NCBI GenBank assembly: GCA_934717675.1
Contig: CAKUYZ010000003.1
Location: 11,263-75,262 of the forward strand
Length of the DNA: 64,000 nucleotides
Direction of reading: 5' to 3'
From: an uncultured Bacteroidales bacterium
Lineage (GTDB): Bacteria > Bacteroidota > Bacteroidia > Bacteroidales > Marinilabiliaceae
Under the pieces are notes generated by a model. It had not been told where the DNA came from and ran no database searches. It saw only the letters and a program-made list of their open reading frames with translations. The position numbers and the translations under genes are program-made. Position 1 is the stretch's first letter. Each line of letters begins with the position of its first letter. Positions 48,192 to 57,221 of the stretch are shown one piece after another.

Positions 48192-48209
48192 CTTTTTGTC
48201 ACATCTGGC

Positions 48210-49028
48210 ATGACTTCGATATTCAAGGAGATTGAGGCGTCGTTTCGTGGCAATGACGTTGTCATCAAGCTCATCTACGTCAACACGGCGGTCTTCCTCG
48301 TCATGCGCCTCCTGGATCTGGCTGCCCTTGGTGGCGCGGAGCCGCGCGGGTGGGCCGTCTTGCTTCTGGGCATGCCCATGAACCTTGGCGTGTTGTCTAG
48401 GCCATGGACCGTGGTCACCAACATCTTTGCCCACTACGACTTCTTCCACTTCATATTCAACATGCTGTGCCTCTATTGGTTCGGGCGCATCTTTATGAAC
48501 ACCTATGCCAATGAGCGTCGCGCCCTCGTGGCCTACGTGGTGGGCGGTCTCACAGGCTGCGCCGCCGCGTTCCTCACCGGCATGATAGATGGCGGCGGCA
48601 TTCTGCTGGGCGCGTCGGGGGCCATAATGAGCGTCATGATGGCCGCCACCGTGGCGCAGCCAAACAGGCTGGTTTGGGTCACGTTTTTCGGAGAGGTGCG
48701 GATGAAATATGTGGCCATGGTCTACGTGAGCATCTCACTCATAATGGTTTTGGGTCTTTCTAACGTGGGCGGCAACTTGGCTCACCTGGGTGGCGCATTG
48801 GCGGGCTTCGTCTTGGCGCGCGTTTGGGCCGGGAGAGAGGCCGCCCCGCGGTGGAACAGGCGAATGAAAGTGACGCGAGGGTCTGGCAACCCAGATTGGG
48901 ACTTCAACAAGGCCAAGGTGGACAACGGCCGCGAAGTGGACAGGATCTTGGACAAGATTAGCGCACGCGGATATGACAGCCTGACGGACGCGGAGAAGAA
49001 GACTCTTTTTGAGCAAAGCAAGAGATGA
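48210..49028 (+). CDS. Rhomboid-family intramembrane serine protease (2) with soluble C-terminal tail
   Basis: FAHYDFFHFIFNMLCLYWFG, GASGAIMSVM, AHLGGALAG; C-terminal ~70-aa hydrophilic tail (...GYDSLTDAEKKTLFEQSKR). Confidence 0.85.
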   Translation: MTSIFKEIEASFRGNDVVIKLIYVNTAVFLVMRLLDLAALGGAEPRGWAVLLLGMPMNLGVLSRPWTVVTNIFAHYDFFHFIFNMLCLYWFGRIFMNTYANERRALVAYVVGGLTGCAAAFLTGMIDGGGILLGASGAIMSVMMAATVAQPNRLVWVTFFGEVRMKYVAMVYVSISLIMVLGLSNVGGNLAHLGGALAGFVLARVWAGREAAPRWNRRMKVTRGSGNPDWDFNKAKVDNGREVDRILDKISARGYDSLTDAEKKTLFEQSKR

Positions 49029-50116
49029 TGGTTGGAGGCTTGCGCCGATTGGCCAAGGCGGCGGTGCTGCTGTTGGCCGTGTTCACGGTGTTCGTGGCGT
49101 GGTCTGTCAGGCTGGCGCCTGACGATGTGGGGTCTTTGTGCCTCTTGTGGTTCGCCTTCCCCTACGCATGGATGGCGTTGGCCGTGGCCATGCTGCTGTG
49201 CCTGTTGCTGCGGTGGAGAGTGTCGGCTTTGGCCTGCGTCTTGGCCTTGGCGTTCACTGTCCCGTCCGCCATCCGCGTGGTGGACTTGCCATTGCCGCGA
49301 AAGGCGGCGTCGGGCGTCAAACTCCTCACCTACAACGTCAGAGGCCTGGCTCCGTACGGTCCCGTGGGCGCTGCGGAGCGGCTCGACTCGATAGCCTGCT
49401 TCATCTTGAGCCAAGACGCCGACGTGGTGTGCCTGCAAGAGGTGCCGCCAGAGGCTAGGCTCAGAGCTTTGTCATCGGCAACTTGTGACAGGGTTCTCGC
49501 CCAATACCCATATATGGCCAGCAAGTCTAATCAGCTCACTCTCTCCAAGACGCCTATCCGCATGGTGGACGATGCCGCCACCTTGGGCCTGAGCGGGCAA
49601 GTGCCGCAAGTGTTCTTGGCCACCGACGTGTGTTGGGGAGGCGACACCGTGCGTCTGTTCAACTGCCACTTGGCATCGCTCAAGCTGACTCAGAAACAAA
49701 TAGACTCCGTGACGGCCAAAGACATTAACCGCGCCCACGCCTCCACCCTTCGCGGGACGCTCCGAATCGCGGTCGACGCCGCAGCCCACCGCGCGGTGGA
49801 GGCTCGGATGCTCGCCAGGGCTGTGGATAACTCCCCGCGACCCGTGGTGGTGTGCGGAGATTTCAATGACACGCCCGTCTCATACACCTATCACACCGTG
49901 GCGGGGGCGCGCCCGCACGGAGACTGCCAGTCAGATCTGTCTGACTGCCGCGAGAGCCACAGGCTGGGCTTGGCGCGCACATATCTTGGCAACTTGCCCC
50001 CCTTGCGGATTGACTTTGTGTTCGCCTCGGCCCGATTGCGCCATGGCGGGTATGAGGAACACGCCCTCGCACTGTCAGACCACAAGGCGGTGAGCGTGTC
50101 TCTGAATCTGGAGTGA
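49025..50116 (+). CDS. Membrane-anchored endonuclease/exonuclease/phosphatase (EEP) family protein
   Basis: N-terminal ~3 TM segments, then LLTYNVRGL, DVVCLQEV, VVCGDFNDTP and LSDHKAV, typical of the EEP fold. ATGA overlap with the preceding rhomboid gene. Confidence 0.85.
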   Translation: MMVGGLRRLAKAAVLLLAVFTVFVAWSVRLAPDDVGSLCLLWFAFPYAWMALAVAMLLCLLLRWRVSALACVLALAFTVPSAIRVVDLPLPRKAASGVKLLTYNVRGLAPYGPVGAAERLDSIACFILSQDADVVCLQEVPPEARLRALSSATCDRVLAQYPYMASKSNQLTLSKTPIRMVDDAATLGLSGQVPQVFLATDVCWGGDTVRLFNCHLASLKLTQKQIDSVTAKDINRAHASTLRGTLRIAVDAAAHRAVEARMLARAVDNSPRPVVVCGDFNDTPVSYTYHTVAGARPHGDCQSDLSDCRESHRLGLARTYLGNLPPLRIDFVFASARLRHGGYEEHALALSDHKAVSVSLNLE

Positions 50117-50203
50117 AAAAATATTTATCCTACGGCCGCCCGTGTTCCATCTTTTTGCTATTTTAGCAACCATAAATAAAAATAGTAACTGAAAACACAA
50201 GAT

Positions 50204-51025
50204 ATGAGCAAGCTGCAAATGTCGGCAATCGTTGCCGGAGCTGTGGCCATGGTGGCCACGAGTTGCACTGTCAGCGGCAGCCAGGATAAGTCTGGCGTCA
50301 TGAGCCGCGAGAATGTAGAGGAGAACGTCCGCGAGTTCGTATACCCTCTGCCTACGGCCTTTGAGGTGACGGAGATGCTCAACCGCATCGAGGCCGCGTA
50401 TATCGTGGACATTTGCAACCCTCGCGGCAATGTGGATAAATACGTGACCGAGGCCAAACGCGCGCAAAACATGGGCGTCTACAGCGCCGACCTGTGCTAC
50501 GCCTCCACATATAACCAACAGGCCAACGTGATGGAGTATACTCAGACCATCAGGGCCCTCGTTGACGCACTGGACATGACCCAGGCCGTGGATCCGGAGC
50601 TGGCCACGAAGATGGAGGACAATGAGAACAACAAAGAGGGCATGACGGAGCTTATCTCCAACTCCTTCTACGACTCATATGACTACCTCAACAAGCACGG
50701 CCGCGGCCCCGTCTCACTCATGATTGTGGCAGGCAGCTGGGTAGAGGGACTCTACATTGCCACCCACATCTCTGATGACACGTTCGACAACAAGGAGATG
50801 GTCAAGATTCTCCTCAGCCAGAAAGAGCCTCTGGAGAAGCTCATCAAGCTCCTTGACCAGAATTTGGCAGATGCCAACATCAAGACCCTCCGCACCAGGC
50901 TCCAGCCCCTCAACGAGATCTACTCCAAGACGGATGCCAACAGCATTACCGAGGAGATCATGAAGAGCATCAAGGATCAGGCCGACGCTGTCCGCAGCGT
51001 GATGGTGGACCCTGGCCAGGCATAA
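50204..51025 (+). CDS. Lipoprotein of unknown function
   Basis: Lipobox-like N-terminus AMVATS/C; 273 aa, helical-looking; no motif recognised. Confidence 0.65.
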   Translation: MSKLQMSAIVAGAVAMVATSCTVSGSQDKSGVMSRENVEENVREFVYPLPTAFEVTEMLNRIEAAYIVDICNPRGNVDKYVTEAKRAQNMGVYSADLCYASTYNQQANVMEYTQTIRALVDALDMTQAVDPELATKMEDNENNKEGMTELISNSFYDSYDYLNKHGRGPVSLMIVAGSWVEGLYIATHISDDTFDNKEMVKILLSQKEPLEKLIKLLDQNLADANIKTLRTRLQPLNEIYSKTDANSITEEIMKSIKDQADAVRSVMVDPGQA

Positions 51026-51057
51026 CGGCCAGGCTCGAGACACACTATGAAACATAA

Positions 51058-51102
51058 GGGCGGGGCGACTCTCACAAGACGGGAGACGCCCCGCCCCTTT
51101 TT
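51058..51102 (+). terminator. Rho-independent terminator after the lipoprotein gene
   Basis: GGGCGGGGCG (51058-51067) pairs with CGCCCCGCCC (51087-51096), followed by CTTTTT. Confidence 0.85.
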
Positions 51103-51136
51103 GCATAAACGCCATAACGCGCCAAGAGCGAAACAG

Positions 51137-51628
51137 ATGATAGGACAGCCAGAACTATATGACCTGCTCAGCCAGATGGGCATTGAATTCCACTATGCCG
51201 AGCACCCGCCCACGCCCACCATAGACGACGCCCGAAAATATTGGAACGCGGCCGAAGGCAAGCACTGCAAAAACATCTTCTTGCGCAACCACAAGGGCTC
51301 CAAGCATTACTTGGTGATTTTGGACTGCGAGCGCAGCATCTGCATGAGCGACTTGGAAAAGAGGTTGGGCGAGGGTAAACTGTCTTTCGCCTCGCCAGAG
51401 AGGCTCATGAGGTATCTTGGCGTACGCCCCGGCTCCGTAAGTCCCTTTGGCCTCATAAATGATGCGGCGCACGAAGTGATTGTCTTCATAGACGCCAACT
51501 TGGCCGGCTATGAGCTGCTGGCCTTCCATCCTAATGACAACAGGGTGTCGCTCTCCATATCTCAGGCTGACTTCCGCCGCTTCTTGGAGAGGATGGGCAA
51601 CCGCTGCGAATGGAGGGAGCTGTATTGA
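51137..51628 (+). CDS. YbaK/ProX-type aminoacyl-tRNA deacylase domain protein (prolyl-tRNA synthetase-associated domain)
   Basis: MIGQPELYDLLSQMGIEFHYAEHPPTPTIDDA...CKNIFLRNHKG.KHYLVIL...PGSVSPFGLIND. ATG at 51137; the track extension from 51047 spans a strong terminator. Confidence 0.8.
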   Translation: MIGQPELYDLLSQMGIEFHYAEHPPTPTIDDARKYWNAAEGKHCKNIFLRNHKGSKHYLVILDCERSICMSDLEKRLGEGKLSFASPERLMRYLGVRPGSVSPFGLINDAAHEVIVFIDANLAGYELLAFHPNDNRVSLSISQADFRRFLERMGNRCEWRELY

Positions 51629-52455
51629 AATCGTTGCCGCGCTGGTCTGCAAGCCTGGCCTGTCTGCTCTTTCCCTTTTGCTCCAGCGTCTTTGCGCAAA
51701 ATATTGACGTGCGTCCGGCTGGTGGGGTGGGGGCGGGGGGCTTGGCCTCCCTATCTCTCATTTCTTCTGTCGAGGCCGCCAACCCTGCAGCTGTGGCGTT
51801 GGCAGATGGCCTTATGGTGGCGGTGGGTGGCGCATTGCCATTTGGCCTGACGGATTTTGCCGAGGTGGCGGGGGCTGCGGATGTGCCAACGCCTTTGGCG
51901 CACGTAGGCGTCAGGGTGGGGCGGAGCGGTGGCGAGCTTAGCCACTATTGCACATTTGGCGGCTGGGTTGCTCGCCGTTGGCGGCGCGTGTCGGCCGGCG
52001 TGGCCTATTATGGCGTGACGCACTCATTGGCCTATGCCGAGCGCGGAGTGTCGTCATATAGTGTGGCCGGTGTGGCAGCCATGCCGGCCGACTCCTGGCT
52101 CTTGAGCCTGGCGGTAAAGAATGTGGAGGGACGGAGCTTGCGCCGCGCGGGGCGTGAGGAGCGCGTCCCCACAACGCTGTGGGCGGCGGCTTCGTGGCGC
52201 GCCCCGCTATATTTCACTCTCTGCGCCGAGCTGGAGAAAGAGAGCGGACGCGAGGCCGTGGCGCATGTTGGAGTCTCGCTCCAGCCCTGCGAGCGGTTAC
52301 GTTTCACGGCTGGATTCTCATCCTTGGGCCGGCAGATTGGCGCCGGCGTGGGCTATGACTGGGCGGCAATGGGAGTTCACGCCTCCGTGGCTCACCATTT
52401 TGCCCTGGGAGTGACGTCTGCCGCCTTGCTGACCTTTCATCCTCAATGGCCATGA
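51610..52455 (+). CDS. Secreted Gly/Ala-rich protein, probable small outer-membrane beta-barrel
   Basis: Signal peptide ...ACLLFPFCSSVFA/QN; the start is ATG 51610 or TTG 51625, overlapping the upstream stop. Alternating hydrophobic/small residue strands (GVAYYGVTHSLAY, LLSLAVKNVEG, AHVGVSLQP, GAGVGYDWA). Overlaps the next gene. Confidence 0.55.
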   Translation: MEGAVLKSLPRWSASLACLLFPFCSSVFAQNIDVRPAGGVGAGGLASLSLISSVEAANPAAVALADGLMVAVGGALPFGLTDFAEVAGAADVPTPLAHVGVRVGRSGGELSHYCTFGGWVARRWRRVSAGVAYYGVTHSLAYAERGVSSYSVAGVAAMPADSWLLSLAVKNVEGRSLRRAGREERVPTTLWAAASWRAPLYFTLCAELEKESGREAVAHVGVSLQPCERLRFTAGFSSLGRQIGAGVGYDWAAMGVHASVAHHFALGVTSAALLTFHPQWP

Positions 52456-54545
52456 CTCGTTTTCTGCTGCCGCTCTTGGCGTTTCTCTTGGCTCCGTCGG
52501 TAGGCCTGTGGGCTCAGACCCCCGGTGACATTGTGGCCGAGGTTGCCGAAGAACTAGACGAGGATGGCCGGCTAGACGATGCCGCCGTGGAAGGGTTGGC
52601 CGAGATGAGGGCCTTGGCCGCGACACCTCTTGACATAAACGCCGCGACGGAGTCTGATTTAGGCAAGCTGCTATTCCTCAACGATGTGAAGATTCATGCC
52701 CTATTGGCGCACAGGCGCGCCGTGGGGCGATTCCATTCTCCTCAGGAACTTATGACAGTCAGGTCTCTATCCCGCTCCGATGTGCTGCGGCTCAGCCACT
52801 TCGTCAGTTTTGCGGATAGTTCAGACAATGCGCCTTCGCCATCGGCTCTCAAGTTGGAGGCTGTGGCGCGCGTGGGGCGCAGGTGGCCGCTCAGCCGCGG
52901 TTTTGTGGCCGCGGGTGGCGACAAGGCTCCTTTTGCGGGCGGTCCGCTCAAGAGGTTGTGCCGTCTTAGGGCCAGCGTGGGGCGGCAGTGGGGATTGGGC
53001 ATCGTGGGTGAGGGCGACGCCGGAGAACCCAGTTTTTTTGATTTTGGTGGCGGATATGCGCGTCTCGCCCCCAGCAGAGGCCCGCTCCGAAGCCTTGTGA
53101 TAGGCAATTATAACGTGCGCCTGGGACAAGGCCTGGGCGTCTGGACGGGCTTCGGCCTGGCCCAACCGCTCACGGGGTGCTCGGCAGGGCGAGTGGCCAC
53201 GGGCGTAAGCCCCACGCTCTCAGCGGCCGAAGGCGGCCAGTTGCGAGGCTTGGCGGCCGAGATGAGATGGTTGCCGCTCCGCCTCACGGCCTATGGCTCC
53301 GCCTCACGGGCCGACGCCACCACCTATCTCGCGTCTGACGGCGCAGCCCGAATATCCACAATTCGTACAGATGGCCTTCACCGCACGGAGGCGGAACGTG
53401 CGCGCAGGCGCAATACGCTCATCTTGCAGGGCGGCGTTCACGTTAGTGCCGACATGGGAAGCTTGCGCCTGGGGGCCGGGGTGAACACCTGGAGGGCCGA
53501 CAAACCCCTTGGCCCCAATGGCAGGCTCTATTTGACCAACCGACCAAGTGTCAAAGCCATAGGCACATATAGCCTCGACGCCCGCGCTTTCATAGGCCGC
53601 GCCCATGTCTACGCCGAGGCGGCTTCTCAAGGTCGCCACGCATGGGGAGGCGTGGCGGGTGTGGATGTCGATGCTGGCTCCGGCACTTCGTTTTTCGCAT
53701 CAGTCCGTCGTTTCGGCCGCCGATATTATGCCGTGGCGCAACAGCCCGTCTCGCGCTCGCCCGCGGCTGGCGGCGAGGGTGGCGGTAGCCTGGGGGTGGC
53801 TTTCTGCCCGTTAGACGGGGTCTCCGTAATGGCCGATGTCGATGTGTGGCGCCTGCGGTGGTTGCAATATTCGGCCTTGGCCCCTTCAACCGGGTGGCGC
53901 GGGCGCGCCGCCATGTCTTTCGCTCCACGATCTTCGGCTGTGCGCGAGGTGAGCCTTAGGCTGCGCCATGTGTCCAAAGGCGTCACTGTGGCAGGCTTGG
54001 CAACGTCGTCCGATACGGCCTATGACAGACTGCCACTCAGTGCGTTAAGGGCCGAAGAGAAGTCGGCTAGTCTCCTGTCTGCCGTCGTTGTGGAATGCGG
54101 GGGCGCGTTGCGTCTCAAGACCAATGTGGAGCATACGTTTGCCAATGAGGCTCGCGGCGGTCGGGCATACGGCTTTATGGCTGGGCAGGATGTGCGCCTC
54201 GGCATGGCGGGCGGGATGGCTGCGCTTTCCGTCAACTGCTCATATTTCAATGCCGACAGCCACTCGGCCCGCGTCCACGTGAGCCGCCCCGGCGTCTTGT
54301 ACGATATGGGCTTCGCCTCATATTCCGGCCGCGGCCTGACGTTCACCGGCATGGCCTCGCTTGGCCCTTGGCGCGGCTTCCGCCTTTGGCTGTGGCTCTC
54401 GTCGGTGCGTCGTTTTGACTGCTCCTCCATAGGGTCGGGCAATGACCTTACGCTTGCGCCGTGGCGAACTGACGCAAAGGTGCAACTCCAGTGGAAACTC
54501 TTTTGGCGAAAGAGGAAAGACTTTTTCGCATCGCAAGGCGCATGA
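52446..54545 (+). CDS. Secreted ComEA-type helix-hairpin-helix protein fused to a large beta-rich (outer-membrane-like) domain
   Basis: Signal peptide (MA)MTRFLLPLLAFLLAPSVGLWA/Q. HhH module LDINAATESDLGKLLFLNDVKIHALLAHRRAVGRFHSPQELMTV. The remaining ~570 aa are Gly/Ala/Arg-rich with strand-like periodicity. The second ATG at 52452 forms an ATGA overlap with the upstream stop. Confidence 0.75.
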   Translation: MAMTRFLLPLLAFLLAPSVGLWAQTPGDIVAEVAEELDEDGRLDDAAVEGLAEMRALAATPLDINAATESDLGKLLFLNDVKIHALLAHRRAVGRFHSPQELMTVRSLSRSDVLRLSHFVSFADSSDNAPSPSALKLEAVARVGRRWPLSRGFVAAGGDKAPFAGGPLKRLCRLRASVGRQWGLGIVGEGDAGEPSFFDFGGGYARLAPSRGPLRSLVIGNYNVRLGQGLGVWTGFGLAQPLTGCSAGRVATGVSPTLSAAEGGQLRGLAAEMRWLPLRLTAYGSASRADATTYLASDGAARISTIRTDGLHRTEAERARRRNTLILQGGVHVSADMGSLRLGAGVNTWRADKPLGPNGRLYLTNRPSVKAIGTYSLDARAFIGRAHVYAEAASQGRHAWGGVAGVDVDAGSGTSFFASVRRFGRRYYAVAQQPVSRSPAAGGEGGGSLGVAFCPLDGVSVMADVDVWRLRWLQYSALAPSTGWRGRAAMSFAPRSSAVREVSLRLRHVSKGVTVAGLATSSDTAYDRLPLSALRAEEKSASLLSAVVVECGGALRLKTNVEHTFANEARGGRAYGFMAGQDVRLGMAGGMAALSVNCSYFNADSHSARVHVSRPGVLYDMGFASYSGRGLTFTGMASLGPWRGFRLWLWLSSVRRFDCSSIGSGNDLTLAPWRTDAKVQLQWKLFWRKRKDFFASQGA

Positions 54546-54620
54546 CCATGCCCCTGCGTCGGATGCGGAAATGAGTGATAAACTCATTAAATTCGCATTG
54601 GCAAAAACAAGACTTCTAGG

Positions 54621-55823
54621 ATGAAAGTTAACATAGGCGACCGCGTCAGGTTCCTCGACCAAGAGGGCGGCGGCAAAGTGGCGCGCGTTGATGGCCACAC
54701 CGTATATGTGGAAGACGAAGACGGCTTCCAGATCCCGACGTTAGACAACAACATTGTGGTGATTGACGAGGCCGAGCATCGGCTTCAAGATGAGGCGTAT
54801 AGCCGCTCGGCGCGCAACGCCAAGAAGGCCGCTAGCCAAAAAAACAAAGCCCCCAGGGGCCTGGCCGAAGGCTCCAGTTGGCGAGAGCGCATCAAAGCAG
54901 ACGAGGAGGAAGAGGAAGACGAGGATGAGCCCGACGTGCCAGTGCTGCCCGTGCGCGCGCCGAGGGCCGACACCAAGCCGCAAAGCCTGCCACAGACGGA
55001 CGAGCCTAAGCCCGAGAGCTACACGTTCGACGCCGACGCCTCCGACGACGCAGAGCCGCATTTCGCGCTGGCCCTGATAAAGACTGACAGAGGCAGCACG
55101 GGCACCGTGGACCTGCATGTGGTCAACGACTCCAACTATTTCGCGTCATACGCCATCCTCCGTACCGACAGCAAAGGGACATCCACACTCATGGGGGCGG
55201 CCACCATTGAGCCGAACACAAAAGAGAAGATAGACACCCTCAACCCGATGCAGGTGGACGGCCAGACGTGGCAGGTGCAACTCCTGATGTTCAAAAAAAT
55301 ACGCAGCTTCAAGGCCCAGCCCGTCTATAATGTGGAGATCAAGCCCCGCGGGGCTAAATTGCTGCGAGACGGCAGCTTCGTTGAGAATGACTATTTTGAT
55401 GAGAAGGCCATCATCATGCCTGTCATCAAAGACGAGTTCGCGACCAAGTTGGAGCAGCTCTCAGACAAGGAGGTGCGCAAGGCGGCGGCCGACGGGCGCA
55501 AGCCAGAGCCCGCCAAGGCCTCAAAGCCCAGCCGCGTGACGGATCTCTTGGAGGTAGACCTCCACATAGACAGCCTCTTGCCAGACACGCGCGGGTTGGA
55601 GAACAAAGATATGCTCGACGCCCAGATGGCTCACGTCCGCACCATAATGGAGCAAAACGCGGGCCACAAGGGGATGCGCATCGTCTTCATCCACGGAGTG
55701 GGGGCGGGAATCTTGAAAAGTGAGCTCCGCAGGTTCCTAGACCGGAAATATCCTAAGTGCGCCTACCAAGACGCCTCGTTTCGCGAGTATGGATTCGGGG
55801 CCACAATGGTAACCATTGGCTAG
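54621..55823 (+). CDS. Smr-domain protein (DUF2027-like N-terminus, acidic linker, C-terminal Smr nuclease domain)
   Basis: N-terminus MKVNIGDRVRFLDQEGGGKVARV...; acidic/Lys-rich linker. C-terminus LEVDLHIDSL...MRIVFIHGVGAGILKSELRRFL is typical of Smr domains. Confidence 0.8.
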   Translation: MKVNIGDRVRFLDQEGGGKVARVDGHTVYVEDEDGFQIPTLDNNIVVIDEAEHRLQDEAYSRSARNAKKAASQKNKAPRGLAEGSSWRERIKADEEEEEDEDEPDVPVLPVRAPRADTKPQSLPQTDEPKPESYTFDADASDDAEPHFALALIKTDRGSTGTVDLHVVNDSNYFASYAILRTDSKGTSTLMGAATIEPNTKEKIDTLNPMQVDGQTWQVQLLMFKKIRSFKAQPVYNVEIKPRGAKLLRDGSFVENDYFDEKAIIMPVIKDEFATKLEQLSDKEVRKAAADGRKPEPAKASKPSRVTDLLEVDLHIDSLLPDTRGLENKDMLDAQMAHVRTIMEQNAGHKGMRIVFIHGVGAGILKSELRRFLDRKYPKCAYQDASFREYGFGATMVTIG

Positions 55824-55970
55824 CGCCCTTTGGCGAATGGGGCTATTGGCACACGTGACAACTTTTTTATATCTTCGCGGGCGGCGTGAGCCTTGGCGGC
55901 GTTGGCAGTCAAAGGTCAACAAGCGGCCGCAAAGGACAACAAAGCATTAAAAACACAACAAAGACAAGAG

Positions 55971-57068
55971 ATGTCCGACTCAAAGAAGAAGATTAGGCTG
56001 GTCCTTGAAGATGGGACAGCGTTTGAGGGTGTATCTTTCGGCGGAGACCACTCCCGTGCCGGCGAGGTCGTTTTCAACACCGCCATGTCAGGCTACCCAG
56101 AGAGCCTGACCGACCCATCGTACGCGGGCCAGATTCTGGTCTTCACATACCCGCTCATTGGCAACTACGGCGTGCCGCAGGACACTGTGGACCCGGCCAC
56201 CGGCTTGCTGAAGTTCTTCGAGTCGGAAAAAATACATGTGGCGGGCGTCGTAGTCTCTGACTATTCGCACGAATATAGCCACTGGAACGCTCAGAAGAGC
56301 CTCGGGCAGTGGCTCAAGGAGCAAGACATCCCCGCCATCGAGGGCGTTGACACGAGGGCTCTGACGCAGAAGATTCGTGAGCACGGCGCAATGCTCGGCA
56401 AGCTCGAGTTTGACGACCAGCCTGTCGAGTTCGTAGACCCGAACCAGGAGAACCTGGTGGCCAAAGTCTCGCCCAAAGAGGTGCAGACCTACGGCAATGG
56501 CAAATATAAGGTGGTGATGGTGGACACGGGCGCTAAGTTCAACATCATCAGGTGCCTCCTCAAGAGAGACGTCACGGTGATCAGGGTGCCGTGGGACTAT
56601 GACTTCACCCAGATTGACTATGACGGCCTCATGCTCTCCAATGGCCCCGGCGACCCGCAGATGTGCCAAGCCACCGTCGCCAACATCAAGAAGGCGATAG
56701 AGATTGGCAAGCCCATCTTCGGCATATGCTTGGGAAACCAGCTTCTCGGCATCGCGGCGGGATGCAAGACCTACAAGTTGCCCTATGGCCACCGCGCCCA
56801 CAACCACCCCGTGATTCGTTGCGGCTCTACCCAGTGCTACATCACGAGCCAAAACCACGGCTTCGCGCTCGATACGGCCACTCTCGGAGACGAGTGGGTG
56901 CCTTCGTTTGTCAACATTAATGATGGCACCAATGAGGGAATCCGTCACAAGACCAAGCCTATCTTCTCCACGCAGTTCCACCCCGAGGCCAGCTCCGGAC
57001 CTACCGACACCGAGAAGTTCTTCGACGAGTTCGTTGAGAACATCGTGAGATACAAAAACGGCAAGTAA
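55971..57068 (+). CDS. carA: Carbamoyl-phosphate synthase small (glutamine amidotransferase) subunit
   Basis: FNTAMSGYPESLTDPSYAGQILVFTYPLIGNYG; catalytic Cys in GICLGNQLL; FHPEAS. ATG at 55971. Confidence 0.95.
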   Translation: MSDSKKKIRLVLEDGTAFEGVSFGGDHSRAGEVVFNTAMSGYPESLTDPSYAGQILVFTYPLIGNYGVPQDTVDPATGLLKFFESEKIHVAGVVVSDYSHEYSHWNAQKSLGQWLKEQDIPAIEGVDTRALTQKIREHGAMLGKLEFDDQPVEFVDPNQENLVAKVSPKEVQTYGNGKYKVVMVDTGAKFNIIRCLLKRDVTVIRVPWDYDFTQIDYDGLMLSNGPGDPQMCQATVANIKKAIEIGKPIFGICLGNQLLGIAAGCKTYKLPYGHRAHNHPVIRCGSTQCYITSQNHGFALDTATLGDEWVPSFVNINDGTNEGIRHKTKPIFSTQFHPEASSGPTDTEKFFDEFVENIVRYKNGK

Positions 57069-57106
57069 ACGGCCTCCTGACGCGACAGGCGCAAGACAGC
57101 ATGACC

Positions 57107-57138
57107 CGCCCCGGCTCAGATATCCTCTGGCCGGGGCG
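57107..57138 (+). terminator. Hairpin after carA (weak terminator)
   Basis: CGCCCCGGC (57107-57115) pairs with GCCGGGGCG (57130-57138); 14-nt loop and a poor T-tract. Confidence 0.4.
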
Positions 57139-57221
57139 CGGCGTTTAGGAGGCCCGCGGCGCGGTGCCGCACCTTGTGAATAAAAATTTATATCTTTACG
57201 CAGCAAGACACAGATTGGGTA

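Noticed and set aside
54901-54930. Purine-rich GAG/GAA run
   Set aside because: It encodes the acidic linker (EEEEEDEDE) of the Smr-domain protein. This is low-complexity coding sequence, not a regulatory repeat.
56088-57206. 372-aa antisense ORF opposite carA, and similar ones at 20539-21669 opposite serB, 30930-31922 opposite atpF/E/B, 16773-17591 opposite pssA, 58673-59506 opposite the ABC gene and 61816-62619 opposite tsaC
   Set aside because: The reasoning is the same. The sense strand carries unmistakable conserved proteins, and the antisense translations are compositionally biased with no recognisable domains or plausible starts.
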